DNA from: Octopus sinensis
Lineage: Eukaryota
Reading direction: 5' to 3'
Assembly: GCF_006345805.1 (NCBI RefSeq)
Contig: NC_043000.1
Location: 144,274,001-144,338,000 of the forward strand
Length of the DNA: 64,000 nt
Part shown: positions 13,540-26,789 of the stretch, one piece after another
How the letters are laid out: every line of letters begins with the position of its first letter
How positions within the stretch are numbered: the first letter of the stretch is position 1
Program-made: the position numbers and the translations under genes
The notes under the pieces: generated by a model
Databases searched by the model: none
Told to the model about the DNA's origin: nothing
The model's input: the letters and a program-made list of their open reading frames with translations, nothing else

Positions 13540-14270
13540 CAGTACAGGTATGTCAAGTTATTTAGAATACTTAATTAGCGTAAAGTTGAAGTCTTACAGC
13601 TATTTTTGGGATATCCAATGTGATAGGCTGGCACTCCGTACTCTGGATATCCCGTCATCAGAGAGAAGGTGAGTATGTAGGAATGATCTAGGCAGGGAAA
13701 TCCACAGAATATAAGCAATATACAGGTGATACTGTTTTATTCCCTATAAACTGAATTTCGTTGACTAGATGCCATACCCAGCGTACGGACATGCTAGGCT
13801 ATCAGTTGTGGTATCCCAGAAACACCAGTAAGACATTAAATTCACCTTACTCTAATTAGATATTGTACAGGACTTGAGATACCTGTCCTATTTTGGTTTT
13901 TGTCGTCCCCTTTGCCCTCTAATATGTTATATATCAGCTAACTTGGAAGCATAATACGGATCACTAGCTCCAGCTAGAGGTTATAGTAGAAGGCATGTGA
14001 CTCGGGACCTACGTCTTCAATACCTCAAAACAACACTAACTGAAAGACGATGGAATTAAGCGTACTAATAAATTAGATATTGAAACATTAAGGGCAAGAA
14101 AATGTAACATCAACCCACATCTCAAAACACTACTGTATATATCAACATTCAATCCTAGAAAAAATGAGGCATACAACACTATTTTGCAAAATCTACCTAT
14201 GTTCACTAGAGATTCAAAAATGAACACCATTATGAAAGCACATCAATTCATGAAATGCAAAAAGCAGCAC
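13540..14270 (+). mobile_element. decayed Neptune-type PLE fragment with an inverted pLTR (decayed HHR at 13592-13664, -)
   Basis: + frame ~14050-14270: DGIKRT..LYISTFNPRKNEAYNTILQNLPMFTRDSKMNTIMKAHQFMKCKKQ (PLE RT-EN linker). Minus strand: CTGATGA-CGGGATATCCA..TGGATATCCC-AAAA-ATAGCTG-TA. Confidence 0.6.
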
Positions 14271-14361
14271 GCATTTCTATTTTTGAGATGACGTAAGTGA
14301 CTGGTGTGTGTTGATATACTGTGTTTCCCGTATCTAAAAGATGACCGTTATATCGCTGTTA

Positions 14362-14414
<53 letters not shown>

Positions 14415-14529
14415 TTAATAATAAGGGTTCAGCAAAGATTTGCTTAACCACGTACCGAAGATTAGAAATAGCAGCCAAAAAATCTTAGCTGTTTCTTCTA
14501 CTTTAAAAAGGGACTCCTATATATATATA

Positions 14530-14850
14530 TATCAGTATTTGCAAAGGGAGGCCATCCCTCCCATTGTCGATCCTACGTGATACGCACGGACCCGGATTTC
14601 TGGGTATGTATCCGACGTAATCACATGACAGTCACCTGTCTTCGATGCGAAGAGGTCCCAATATAAATACATATATCCTTTTTCGAGTGACGAAAAGTCA
14701 CTGATTTCGAAAACGTGTAAACAAGCAATAATAAATCTGAGTGAGGTATAAACAGTAGCTGCACGACAATGTGGCTAACCACTACGGGTGGATGCTACTG
14801 TAGTTTGCAGCTAAGTAGCCCCAGGAGAAGATGTTCTCTTAAAGTGTGTC
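14530..14850. repeat. dispersed repeat related to the 55673-56120 unit
   Basis: Shares cagtatttgcaaaggga..catcc.tcccat, aaacaagcaataataaat..ctgag.gaggtataaa.ag.agctgcacgac and gctactgtag with 55.8-56.1 kb. Confidence 0.7.
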
Positions 14851-14949
14851 CCTTAAAATAGTAATCAGGCTTTAGTTTCGCAGAAAACGGAAAAATGGTA
14901 AAACAGATCAGTTCATCTAAAATTCTTTGTAAACACCTAAATATATCTC

Positions 14950-14990
<41 letters not shown>

Positions 14991-15943
14991 ACTAGATATG
15001 ACCTTTTTGAACTTATAATTTTCTCTGTATATATATAGATACTTCCAAAAAAACATGATTTTTAATGAAATCCTAATATTCTTAATGAACTTTTTAATAT
15101 TTTCTCAAGATTTTTCCATATAAACTGTTTTTAGCATTTTCTTATTATTATGAATTAATGTATATATGTATTGTAATATTTTGTGACAACAGGTACATAA
15201 CACAACAAAGCTTTGTAAACGCTTTTACATTTTACATTTGACAATCTGTTTCTAAAAAGTGAAACGGGTCAAGTGAATAAACATATTTCAAAATTGCATT
15301 TTCAAACCTTCTTTCATATATATATATAATATATATATGTATATATATATATATAATATATATATATATAATTAATCAATATAGGGTGGCAAGGAAAATT
15401 TTGTAGAATTTTATTGCCACCAGCGGCCCAGCGGGAAAAAATTAATAGTCATAGACCATTTTTAAGTTCAACATTAACAATTAAGGAACGGCCATAATAG
15501 GCCATTCACCCACTAGAAATAACAGCAAAGCTTCTACCGCAAATAAAGATTAAGTCCGTAAACAGGAGAAAATTAAAAAAAAACATTTACCCTGTAATTT
15601 CTTGATCTTGCCAAGTCAATATCTGACCTAAAATTTTCAAATCGTCGCACTCGCGCTAAATTATCGGCAGCAAATAAATAAATGTCGCCGTCGTTCCATT
15701 ACGGAATTAACCAAAAATTCATAATTAATCATTAGGGTGGCAAGGAAAATTTTGTAGTTTATTGCCACCAGCGGCCCAGCGGGAAAAAATTAAATAGTCA
15801 TAGACCATTTTTAAGTTCAACATTAACAATTAAGGAACGGCCATAATAGGCCATTCACCCACTAGAAATAACAGCCAAAGCTTCTACCGCAAATAAAGAT
15901 TAATTCCGTAACAGGAGAAAATTAAAAAAACATTTACCCTGTA

Positions 15944-16050
15944 ATTTCTTGTACGGTATACCGTTTCATCCGCTGTTTAATGGTAAACTAACCTGATTAA
16001 ATTAAATCAAGCCAATCTTCCATAAGCCCTCGGATTCTTCAGCAAGAAAT
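15944..16050 (-). ncRNA. type I hammerhead ribozyme (mirror copy)
   Basis: Reverse complement of 16192-16298 with all stems and the core intact. Confidence 0.85.
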
Positions 16051-16191
16051 AGCTCAAGTCGGAACAAATATATACCGAGGCATACCCATCTGCCAAGTCA
16101 ATATCTATTGAAAATTTTAGGTTAGATATTGACTTGCAAGATGATATTGACTTGGGTATGCCTCGTGTATATATTTGTTCCGACTTGAGCT

Positions 16192-16298
16192 ATTTCTTGC
16201 TGAAGAATCCGAGGGCTTATGGAAGATTGGCTTGATTTAATTTAATCAGGTTAGTTTACCATTAAACAGCGGATGAAACGGTATACCGTACAAGAAAT
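16192..16298 (+). ncRNA. type I hammerhead ribozyme, canonical core
   Basis: ATTTCTTG(16192-99)-CTGAAGA-ATCCG..CGGAT(16270-74)-GAAA-CGGTATACCG-TA|CAAGAAAT: 8-bp stem I, 5-bp stem II base, palindromic stem III, GUA cleavage after 16290. Confidence 0.88.
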
Positions 16299-18654
16299 TA
16301 CAGGGTAAATGTTTTTTTAATTTTCTCCTGTTTACGGAATTTTTTAATCTTATTTTGCGTAGAAGCTTTGGCTGTTATTTCTAGTGGGTGAATGGCCTAT
16401 TATGGCCGTTCCTTAATTGTTAATGTTGAACTTAAAAATGGTCTATGACTATTTAATTTTTTCCCGCTGGGCCGCTGGTGGCAATAAAATTCTACAAAAT
16501 TTTCCTTGCCACCCTATATTGATTAATTATGAATTTTTTGGTTAATTCCGTAATGGAATCGACGGCTGATATTTATTTATTTGCTGCCGATAAATTTAGC
16601 GCGAGTGCGACGATTTGAAAATTTTAGGTCAGATATTGACTTGGCAAGATCAAGAAATTACAGGGTAAATGTTTTTTTAATTTTCTCCTGTTTACGGAAT
16701 TAATCTTTATTTGCGGTAGAAGCTTTGGCTGTTATTTCTAGTGGGTGAATGGCCTATTATGGCCGTTCCTTAATTGTTAATATATATATATTATATATAT
16801 ATATCAGTTGAATAGGTTGAAAACATGGCCTGGTTTTCATGTATTTTATTATGGTATTCTAAACTTATTTAAAAGAACGTGTATTTTAATGCTCATAAAT
16901 GTAAATAAGCGCTTTCATACCTAGAGTAATCATCAGATTTCAAATGTGTGTAACTGACCGTTGAGTTCTTGACAATTTTAGTTCGTCTTAGAACGCTCCC
17001 ACCAGCTGAATTTGTAGAATGCGTTTTAACCAATCCACATGAATCTCAAAGATCACGGTGTGCCGGGCGTACTGATATCGTATAATTTATTTATATTTAT
17101 AAGCTAGAGATATCTTTAATCCACTTAATTAACTTGTTCTTATATCATTAATTCATCTTCTGTTATCTATCCAGTAAGATTAAATATCATTTGATGTACA
17201 CAATTTTAAAATAGAGTTACTATTACTTCAATACCGTAGCGATAGAGTTATTTGACAGAGAGTCAAGGAAGAAAAAGGCGAAGAAAATAGATACAGAACG
17301 CGGAACGAAAAGGAAGAAAAAATAAGAAGAAATCCAACATCATAGTTGTCTTTGTCTTTTGAAATGAGAATTAATCCAGCTGGTGTAGATTAGTACAACA
17401 GAGAGTAGTTCGCAATATGCCTGAGAACTATGCCACCCGAGAAGAGTGGTGTGCTCTAGTTTGACAAAAATAACTTTTCCATGTGCATGCATTTGTTAAA
17501 TGTTTGGAATCTAGAATTAGTGTAGTAGAATTTTGGGTTTAAAAAAGAACGTCCGATCTTTCAGCTACCCAAAACTTGCATCGTTTTTATCCATTAATAT
17601 ATGGCACATATTTCTCCACGATTTACCACTGATTGTTTGCAGTATCTAACCAGCTTAGAGGCTCTCAGTTTATCAATGCGTCGGAAAGAAGACTGGAGAT
17701 TTGCATGAAGAATTTTGAAATTACCTTTGCATGAACGGAAGTCACTTTTCTTCTCGATTACGTTGTCTTGAATCATTAGTGTAACGTCGGTTTCATAAAT
17801 AATTGTGTATCAAGATTCAGTGTCTCGACATCTACAACTCGGAGACAGTTCTTAGTGTTATTTGTGAGTGATAGTGATCTTCATACTGGGTAGCAGCTGT
17901 ATGAAAGTTGATTTCCTCATCGACCGACTGTTAAGAATTTTCCTGCATTTCAGTTGTACTGGAAAATACCAGAAATTTTGTTACTTATGTTAAATTTGAT
18001 ATTGAAGGAGGAATGAGTGTTTATTATCCCAGGTCTCTTTTTAGGCTTCATATTTATAACTGAAATCTTTTTCTTCCCTTTGACCCTACTGTTAAATAAT
18101 ACAATTCTTAACAGATTCTATTCAACACTGCGTTTAATCCAAAAATACTCCAGTCTATTGAGAGCTAGCAGGTGATAACTCTTCTTTTTAATGTTTGAAT
18201 GTTCCGTTTATAATTGTGAGGTTGTGAGTTCGATACATACATACATTCATACATACATGCATACGTACGTACATACATACATACATAAATACATACATAT
18301 ATATATATATAAATTTATAAATTTGACCTTTAAAGGTATTTTTAATATGCTGGCCATTGATAAAGTTTTTTCTCGAAATATATATATATATATATATATA
18401 TTGTGTGTTGGGGGGAGTCACTAGATTGTAATGCCTTATTAATAAACACATCCACAAGTTTGTTTTCATCTCATTTACCTCTTTGATTTCTAAAATTGTT
18501 AATAGTCGTTGACTGTCTGCTATCGGCATTGAAACGTTAAAGCGTTAAATGAGAATTACTCTCACCAGACACATTAAAATATAATTCAACACACTCAGTT
18601 CACATAAAGAATCTTTGAAACCAAATACTAAATATATATATGTATATATATATA

Positions 18655-18850
18655 TATGATCAAGAGTGGAGAAAAAAGGAGCAAGGAAAACAACAACGCG
18701 AGGACGTGGTACACGCAAACTATTAATAAAACGTTCAGAGAAGGAAAGAAAGTGTGTTTTACGTTTCGAACAAGGCTCTTTTTCCAGAAGCAGGAGAGAG
18801 CGGAAAATCCAAGAGAAGACGGGAAAAAAAAATTCGCCACAGACCACATG
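18655..18850 (-). mobile_element. ~200-bp pLTR-like unit with decayed HHR
   Basis: Reverse complement of the unit at 24796 and 46145; the core is mutated (ctggaaaaagagccttgttcgaaacgt). Confidence 0.7.
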
Positions 18851-18919
18851 TGGTTAAATTTTGGAATGCCCCGAAGGAGTTGGACAAAGAGAAAGTGAAA
18901 GTGAAGAAAGGATGGCAAC

Positions 18920-19906
18920 TGTGTGTATGTGTGGGTGTTTACGCGTGTGTGTGCGTGATTGCGTGTGTGTGTGTATAGTAGCATGTGTGTGTGGCAGTAT
19001 CAGAGTGTGCGTGCGGGTGTTATGTGGCTTGTGGTGGTAGCTGTGCTGCGTGTGTATTTGTATGTCTGTGGTGTGTATGGTATTAGCTCTTTATATGTGT
19101 ATGTGTGAATGATTTGTGCGTGTGTTAGGTCAGCTGCTATAGTAACAGGTGTGTGTTTCTGTGTGGTTGCTTGTTTTTCACATATGCGTTGATGGGATGG
19201 TCAATAGAAGTCGAACTGGTGGGTGAATGTGTGGATGTGGTTGTGCGTATGTGTATGTGTGTGTAGTATGTATACGGAGATGAAGTGGGAATGTGTGTTT
19301 GTGTGTGGGGGTACATGTGTATGGGTGACTGTATGTGTACCACTCTCTGTGTAACTGTGTGTTTGTCTTTCTCTCTATCACTCCCTGTATATGTATGTGT
19401 GCGTTTGTATGTGGGGTGGCTTGTGTGTCTATGTGAATGTGAGTGAATGTGCAAGAGTATGTATGAGTGTGAGAGTGTACGTATGTGTGTGTTCGTGCGT
19501 GTTTGTGGGAATCTCTGTGTAAGTGTGAATGAATATGGAAGTGTATGCATGTGTGTGTGGCGTGCGTGATGTACGTGTGTGCATGCCTGCATGTTTGTGT
19601 GCGTGCGTGTGTGTATGTGCGCATGCGTAGGGTTGTGCGTGTGGAGGTATATCTGCGTTCATGTGTGTACGTGTGAGTATATATGTGTGTATGTGTGTAG
19701 GTGTGCGTGCGTGTATGTACGTGTGTGCATGTACTGTATGTTGTGTGTGTGTGGTCGTATATGTGAACACATATGTGTGCGTGCATGTTTGTATGTGTGC
19801 AAGTGTGTACGTGCATGTGTGTATGTATGTGTGTGCATGTGTGTGCATATATGTACGTGTGTGTATGTGTGTATACTCATGAATTTGTGTTGTGTGTTTG
19901 GTATGG

Positions 19907-19952
<46 letters not shown>

Positions 19953-19965
19953 TATATATATATAT
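18920..19965. repeat. long degenerate (TG)/(TATG) low-complexity tract
   Basis: Directly visible; source of the CV/VC and HT/TH ORFs. Confidence 0.9.
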
Positions 19966-20379
19966 ATCACATGACCGACCAGATCATCAGATGTTGCTAC
20001 ACATCGCTGGTCACAATGTGTTCGCATTGTTCTAGCCTTCGAATGACGCCACCCCGCTGGCTAAGCGAGCAGGCCAATATATATATATATATAAATGTAT
20101 GTATATATATATTCACAAAATACATGGTTTGTATCTCAAATTTTTCATTGCTATCAGTATTTGATAACCCAGGAGTAGTGACTATTATCATGTTTTAGAT
20201 CGATACTGAACCACCTATCCAGATATGTTGATATACAATTTCGTTATTTTAAGATATATGTGATTCTGTTGACTATGCAATAGTCGCAATCCATAGCGGA
20301 ACTCCAATTGTAGTATCGTGATACTGTGAATGTGTTCGAAGTATCCGAGCCCGAAACTTCCAAGTTAATTTGTACTGCA

Positions 20380-20690
20380 TTCGTACAAAGTCGTATATAT
20401 AGGGATTGAGAAATTATTCAAAGCTGGGGTCATATGCTATACACTTTCTACACAACAGTGATTAATTGCATTATAATTTCTTTTTGTCAACAAGCTCAAT
20501 TTCATCAACAAACTCAATTTAACATTATCCCAAACATATGAAAAAGTAAAAAATCCCATCACATTCAAATGGAATGTGGAGAAATTTCTTTAAGGAATGC
20601 CAGGTAAACCACCTATACCCGGATACATCTGAGTCAACAACAATAACTTACCTGACTTTAAAATGACTTAACTTATAACAGCACCAGGTG
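20380..20690 (+). mobile_element. decayed 3' fragment of a CR1/L2-like LINE related to 48846-51423
   Basis: FNIIPKHMKK*KNPITFKWNVEKFL*GMPGKPPIPGY parallels FNIVPREIKEEKDPINFKQSLDRFLQRIPDKPPIIGY; ends caggtggtacta, like caggtggtgcta at 51355. Confidence 0.65.
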
Positions 20691-20856
20691 GTACTATATA
20701 TATATATATATTTGTACACCACGTCTCTTCGTCTTGTGTTGTTTTTTTCGTAAACTCTCCCTATATATATATATAATAAATATTAGGGAATAAATCCAAA
20801 CTTACAGGGAAAAATCAGATTTAGGATTGAATCCAATTTTATAGTAAAATATTATA

Positions 20857-21194
20857 TTATATTAAATTAGAGATAAAACCACTATTAGGCAAATCATACA
20901 ATGAAGAACTTAAGCCAATACATAAGATTATTTAATTTATATTATTTAAATATATAACAAAATTATTAAAAAAATATAATTAATATAACACTACGATCGT
21001 TTCATGGCTGTTAATTTCATTAAATTTTCGAGTTACAGTCACTCATCAGGTGGTTTAAATATTTAACTTGGCGAGGTTTAATCAATGAACTTTGTTATAT
21101 ATTTAAATAATATAAATTAAATAATCTTATGTATTGGCTTAAGTTCTTCATTGTATGATTTGCCTAATAGTGGTTTTATCTCTAATTTAATATA
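20857..21194. repeat. inverted repeat (~105-bp arms) enclosing a hammerhead
   Basis: 20857-20961 is the reverse complement of 21091-21194. Confidence 0.9.
20989..21052 (-). ncRNA. type I hammerhead ribozyme motif
   Basis: Minus strand: CAC-CTGATGA-GTGACTGT..ACAGCCAT-GAAA-CGATCG-TA-GTG; intact core, palindromic stem III, 3-bp stem I. Confidence 0.75.
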
Positions 21195-21215
21195 TATATA
21201 TATATCTATATATAT

Positions 21216-21257
<42 letters not shown>

Positions 21258-22159
21258 ATTATATATATATATATATATATTATATGCAAAAATCCGAGCA
21301 AGAGAAATAATATTGTCAAGATAATAAATCTGGAAAAGTTCAGAAGAAGTTATTACCTCTGGTAAAGTACAGTACAAGAAAACGTTTATTTAAAATATTG
21401 CTGCGAATGAGAAGATGTAAATATTAAAAATTATTTGATTTTAATTTACAAAGCAACATAATAGTTATAAAAGGTACATTTATTTTACTAAAATATTCAC
21501 ACATTAGAATATTTAAAAAATGAGAGCGAGATGTACCAATTTAGCTAAAGTTTTATGCAAAGAAGAATAGTATATATTGTAAGCAGGTTCATTATTTAAA
21601 AAACAGGCATTGAGTCAATACTAAAAATTGAAGTCCTAGAAATAACCTAGGTAATAACTAAACCAGATTTTACTGTGAATTTGTTGTTATAGGTAGACTT
21701 TACTATAATATATAAATAGTTTTTGTATTATTCTATTTATTGTACATATTATGTACTACTATTATTTTCATATCCTATTTTCAAATTTCTAATTATTTAA
21801 TTTAAAAAATTATTTTAAGCTATTTTATTTATGTTTAAGAAACGTAATGAGGCATCAAACTTTTAGTTTTAATAAAAGCTAATATTTTCTAAATCTAAAG
21901 ATGCATCCAGGTATAGGCGATTTATCTGGCATCCCGTGGAGAAAATTCTCCAGGTTTTGTTTGTAGATGATGAGATATGTTACTTCGTTGACTTTTTTTT
22001 AGGGATAATGTTAAAGTAAGTCGGGCCTATTGAAGAAAGGTAACTCTGTTTAAGTGAATTTATGTGTTGTGATCTTGAACTGTTTCTGAGGCGTACACAC
22101 AGACAGACAAGCACAAAATACACACGCATACACACACAAACACACACACACGTGTGTAT

Positions 22160-22420
22160 ATCATGTTATCAATCGTTATACATCGCTGGTCCCTATGCGC
22201 TCTGCATTGTTGTAGCTTGAGAATGAGATAATACTGCCAGCAAGGTGAGAAGCCAACATTCTCCATGATCGAGAGGTTATTCCGTCGCCGGATGATTAAT
22301 TTATAGCTGAGTGGACTGGAACCCCTTGAAATTAAGGGTTTGTGCTCTAGAAGAGATTGAGACACCCTGTCCAGTAGCAGAACTCAAGAGATAGCCAAGG
22401 AGTGTGTAATACACTAAACA
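22160..22420 (-). mobile_element. old SINE related to family B
   Basis: atttatagctgagtggactggaacc..tgaaattaagggtttgtgctctag resembles the family B core tttctacagctgagtgaactggagcaacgtgaaataaagtgtcttgctcaag. Confidence 0.5.
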
Positions 22421-22499
22421 TTATGCTACTCATCATCACTCACTTACACACACTAATACACACATACTCTTCTCTCTCTCTCTCTCTCTCACACACACA

Positions 22500-22530
<31 letters not shown>

Positions 22531-23084
22531 ATATATAATATATATAATATATATATATTATATATATATATATATATATTAAACACAAGGCACTTAGGCA
22601 CATACGCACATATATAGACGCATAAAGATACCAATACACAAATATATTTTAAACTTTATTTACATTCCCCAAACAAATATATAAACATACATGATTTCAT
22701 TGAACATTTCTTTTTTTTTTTTTTTGAATACGTTAACCAGTGTAGACATAATAAGTGACAGTGGACATCGCTTGGAGAGTATATTCACCACTGGGAAAAT
22801 ACATATATGATACAAAAATTCAATATCTATACAATTATTTTCAATTTCCAGAAGAGTGTGAATAATTCATAATGTAGTATATTAATGTAGTTGCGTGCGA
22901 TATAATTCTGATGCTAATATAATTCTGCACGAATCAAGAGTGTATGTTGTTAATAGCTGTAAATTGGCACGGGGTGATATAGCCAAAATTTGTTAATTTA
23001 ATTATCTCATTATGTCTAGAAGTATACAGGCGTGTTTTGCTTCGGATGCACCACACACACACACAATACACAAACATATCTATA

Positions 23085-23168
<84 letters not shown>

Positions 23169-23203
23169 TATATATATAATATAATATATATATATTTATA
23201 TAG

Positions 23204-23240
<37 letters not shown>

Positions 23241-23534
23241 ATATATTGTATATATACATATATATAGATATACATATATATAGATATACAACCACAAACA
23301 CACACGCACGCATAGTAGGAATTTTCGGAACTGACTAATTAAATGAATACAAGTTTGTGTTCAAGCAAAGTATAGTATATTTCGAAGCGAAAATATTTGA
23401 TTCAGGTATTTCTAGACAACATATCACCCAGCGTAATGCAAATATATTACTCTAACCGTTTTTTTCCGCATTTATTTGTGTCCTCGTGTGTTTCATTGTG
23501 TGTGCCAATGTCACTTTTTAAGTTGTGGTGTAGT

Positions 23535-23690
23535 CGGTCAAATGGCAGAGTCGTTCGAGCGTCGTCAAATTATGTACTTTCCCGACTTCCAATATTTCGA
23601 GATAAAATCTTCCCGATGTCAACTTTACTTTTCATTCCTAGAGGGTCGATAAGCTATCCAGCATATTCTGTTTTGAGTCCAACGACATCT
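23535..23690 (+). mobile_element. decayed SINE, third family
   Basis: A-box-like tggcagagtcg, followed by gtcaactttacttttcattcctagagggtcgataa, similar to the tttcatcc.tt.ggggtcgataa central domain of invertebrate SINEs (recognised from memory). Confidence 0.45.
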
Positions 23691-24763
23691 AGGCATAGTT
23701 GGGTAGAAGAAGTAAGGTGCTGCCCGATTAGACACCTGCTTCTCGGACCAAGTATTTCTACAGCTTCCAACTTTTATGGATGTAATATCAATAGTCATGC
23801 TGAAGACATTTACACCTAAATAAGAAGTAGAATATATAGAAACCGGCTCTTAAATAGCAAAATCTACAAAACTTGCTTTGTAGAGACTTTTCCTCAGGTT
23901 TTTCTCAGAGGGACAACACTTTAACCAAGATGGTTATGTGTGAAGACAGAGGAAACACCTCTAAATAGTGTTATTTCTTACATTGCTTCTTATTTAGTTC
24001 CGGGCGGGTTCTGCTGCGGTTGATTTTTCACGTGACTCAGTATGCCACTTTCTTTCATTGCATATCTACGTCTAATTCGACTTCCACTTTTAACTTAGTT
24101 ATGTTTTCAGATAAATTGGGTACTCTTTCCTATTAATTGGTTACCTTTTAAAGGCTTCGTTTGTTGTATCTTTCAGTTATAGAGTAGGCTTTGTGGTTAG
24201 GTTCGACGAGCAGTAAATGGTTTTTAAAATCGTGGTTTATTTAATATATGTTGTGTCTCAAGTTTTGTTTCAACACAAGCATTTATATTTCCATGTGTTG
24301 GAAAAGCAAGTTTAATGGTAGGAAATATATAATTTCGAAGATTGAGCATCCATGAACATTTCTCGCCGGTTAAAATGACTTATATCTGCCAAGTTCAGGA
24401 AACTAGGAGCTGAATATATATATTAAGAAATATTCTCTGAATGTTTTGCGAAATTCTTTCATCTCTAGCGCAAATAGCTAACTGACAGGTCATATGAAAT
24501 ATATAGTAATGCAGGTAACTCCAATGTCTGATGACGCTTAATTTCAACAAAGTCTTTCGTAAATATATCTGATTTTAACGAATTTCATAAATCAGATTGA
24601 AAAATACTGACAGCATAATGTTCAGTGTGTGTGTGTGTATACAAACAGGTTTGTATGCATCAATATGATTGATTGATTGATTCTAGTTTCAGCTTATGAG
24701 CTGTGGCCATGCTGGGGCACCGCCATATATATGTGTTTATATACATACATGTGTATGTATATA

Positions 24764-24795
<32 letters not shown>

Positions 24796-24995
24796 AATGT
24801 GACCTAGTGTGTTCCGTTGGCGAATTTTTTCCTCTGTCTTCCATTCTCTGGATCTTTCCCCCTCCTATGTTTCTGACGAAGAGCTCCACTCGAAACGTTA
24901 AACCCTCCTTCTTTCCTTCTTTCCCGAGCGTCCAATAATACTATATTTGTTCCTCACGTTGTTGTGTTTTTTGTGTTTTCTTGTTTGGATTAACT
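24796..24995 (+). mobile_element. ~200-bp pLTR-like unit with minimal HHR at 24868-24902
   Basis: gttt-CTGACGA-A-GAGctccaCTC-GAAA-CGT-T-aaa: minimal PLE-type hammerhead with palindromic AACGTT; flanked by (TA)n. Confidence 0.75.
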
Positions 24996-26758
24996 ATATA
25001 TATATATATACATGCGAGTTAGCACAACTACATCCACAAACACACGTGTACCAGCAGAAACACACTCGTATCTTGAAGTATTTACTTTGTAGCAGGAAGG
25101 AAAAACGCTTCTTCATGAATGCGAATATCTGAATCGTGATCTGGAGAGACCCGTGAAATTTATTTGTTATGATTACAAATACCATATAATATTTCAACAC
25201 ATTTCTACCCACTTGTTCTTCTTTCATTCAAATTTATTTACCAACCATCAAATGTACCTTTGTACATACACAGTTCGATGAATTTTCCAAGTTTTGGCAA
25301 AGAAAAAAGAACTTTCTTTGTCTGGCAGATATTTGAGGATGAATAAATGTTCAAGATATTTTAATTAAAAGTCTTTAATTGTAGCGAAATAAATCAAACC
25401 ATAAATTGAATTATAGTGATACGCCTACTTTGATGCAGATATATAGCAACAACAATTAAATTGTTTAATTATATACGTAGAATAATACGTTCATATATAC
25501 ACGCTTACAATTACTCATTTAGCCAACTACTACACACGCAGACGAAAGTATAGACATATATATATAAGCACACAAAAACGAAGAAACGAAAATGGACAAA
25601 CGCATAAATGTGTATATATAAACACATATATTTGACAGTGATAGCAATATGCAATTAAGAATTTCACATACAGAACAATATGTTGCAAAACAACGTATTC
25701 CTGTCTATTATAAATGTATACATGTTTCTCAAGTATTTAAATATATATGCATATTCGGAAAAGAGTGAGCAAACGATCAAATATATACTGTTGACATAGA
25801 TTCCCATGATGTTCAATACGAATAAATCCACACGTGCTAACATCCGCATAGCCATTCAGTCATATACACACACATATGTGTATGGACAAATATGCATCTA
25901 TATATATATATATATAAGTATTCATACATATACATATACACAACGCAGACACACGACACGTACACACACTAACACATCATACATATAGGCAAGATTTACG
26001 CAATCCAACGTCATCACTCATAAAAGAGATGTTCTTTGATATGTAATTATATACTTACCCTATATAATTAAAAGCGAGAATATATAACAATATTGAAGTT
26101 TCATTAAATAGCTGGAATTTTCTTTCGTTTTAATTACATAGACGTCTTTATTCGGTCTTACCTTCTGGAAACTTACATACAAACACAGCAAAGAAAACAG
26201 TAAATATACAGTGAAACAAGAAACAAATAGGTTTTAATTAAGAATTACTAATGTTCATAACTAAGAAGACGAAGTATGACTAATAACTATATCCAAAGAT
26301 GTCTGATTTATTATTCCGACATCAAAGTGATTGGAAATTTAATTTCATTTCATTTGGATGCAAAAGCATCTATCTCTATATAGATTTATTCACATAGCCA
26401 TAGTTTTAGGAATAATGTGTAGGTATATACAAAAACACAGAGACAGACACGGAAAAATATGTATATGATACCAGTGCGTTTATATATACATAGCACTGGT
26501 TAGCTGTCTCTTTCGCAGAAGACACACTGAAACACACACACAAACACACACACACACACATGCACACATACACGCGTACACACATATCCATAATTACAAG
26601 ATATATATTTCTACCTAAACACGTATGCATATGTGTATATGTGTATGTATATGTTTACACACACGCACGCATACATTTATGAGTATATGTATGTAAATAT
26701 ATATGTATGTTATACATATATGTTTGTATACATATACATATACATACAACTATATATG

Positions 26759-26789
<31 letters not shown>

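Larger units (their letters stand above)
15368..16781. repeat. ~1.3-kb near-perfect palindrome built of tandem ~355-360-bp units (pLTR/retrozyme-like)
   Basis: 15472-16107 mirrors 16123-16781 around the 15-nt loop ttgaaaattttaggt; caagaaattacagggtaaat recurs at 16291 and 16651; flanked by (TA)n. Confidence 0.95.

Noticed and set aside
15368-16781. CRISPR-like or satellite array
   Set aside because: Eukaryotic context, units of ~360 bp, no unique spacers; explained as pLTR/retrozyme-like tandem copies.
17594-17776. KILHANLQS resembling an APE endonuclease N-terminus
   Set aside because: Single weak motif with no downstream APE motifs.
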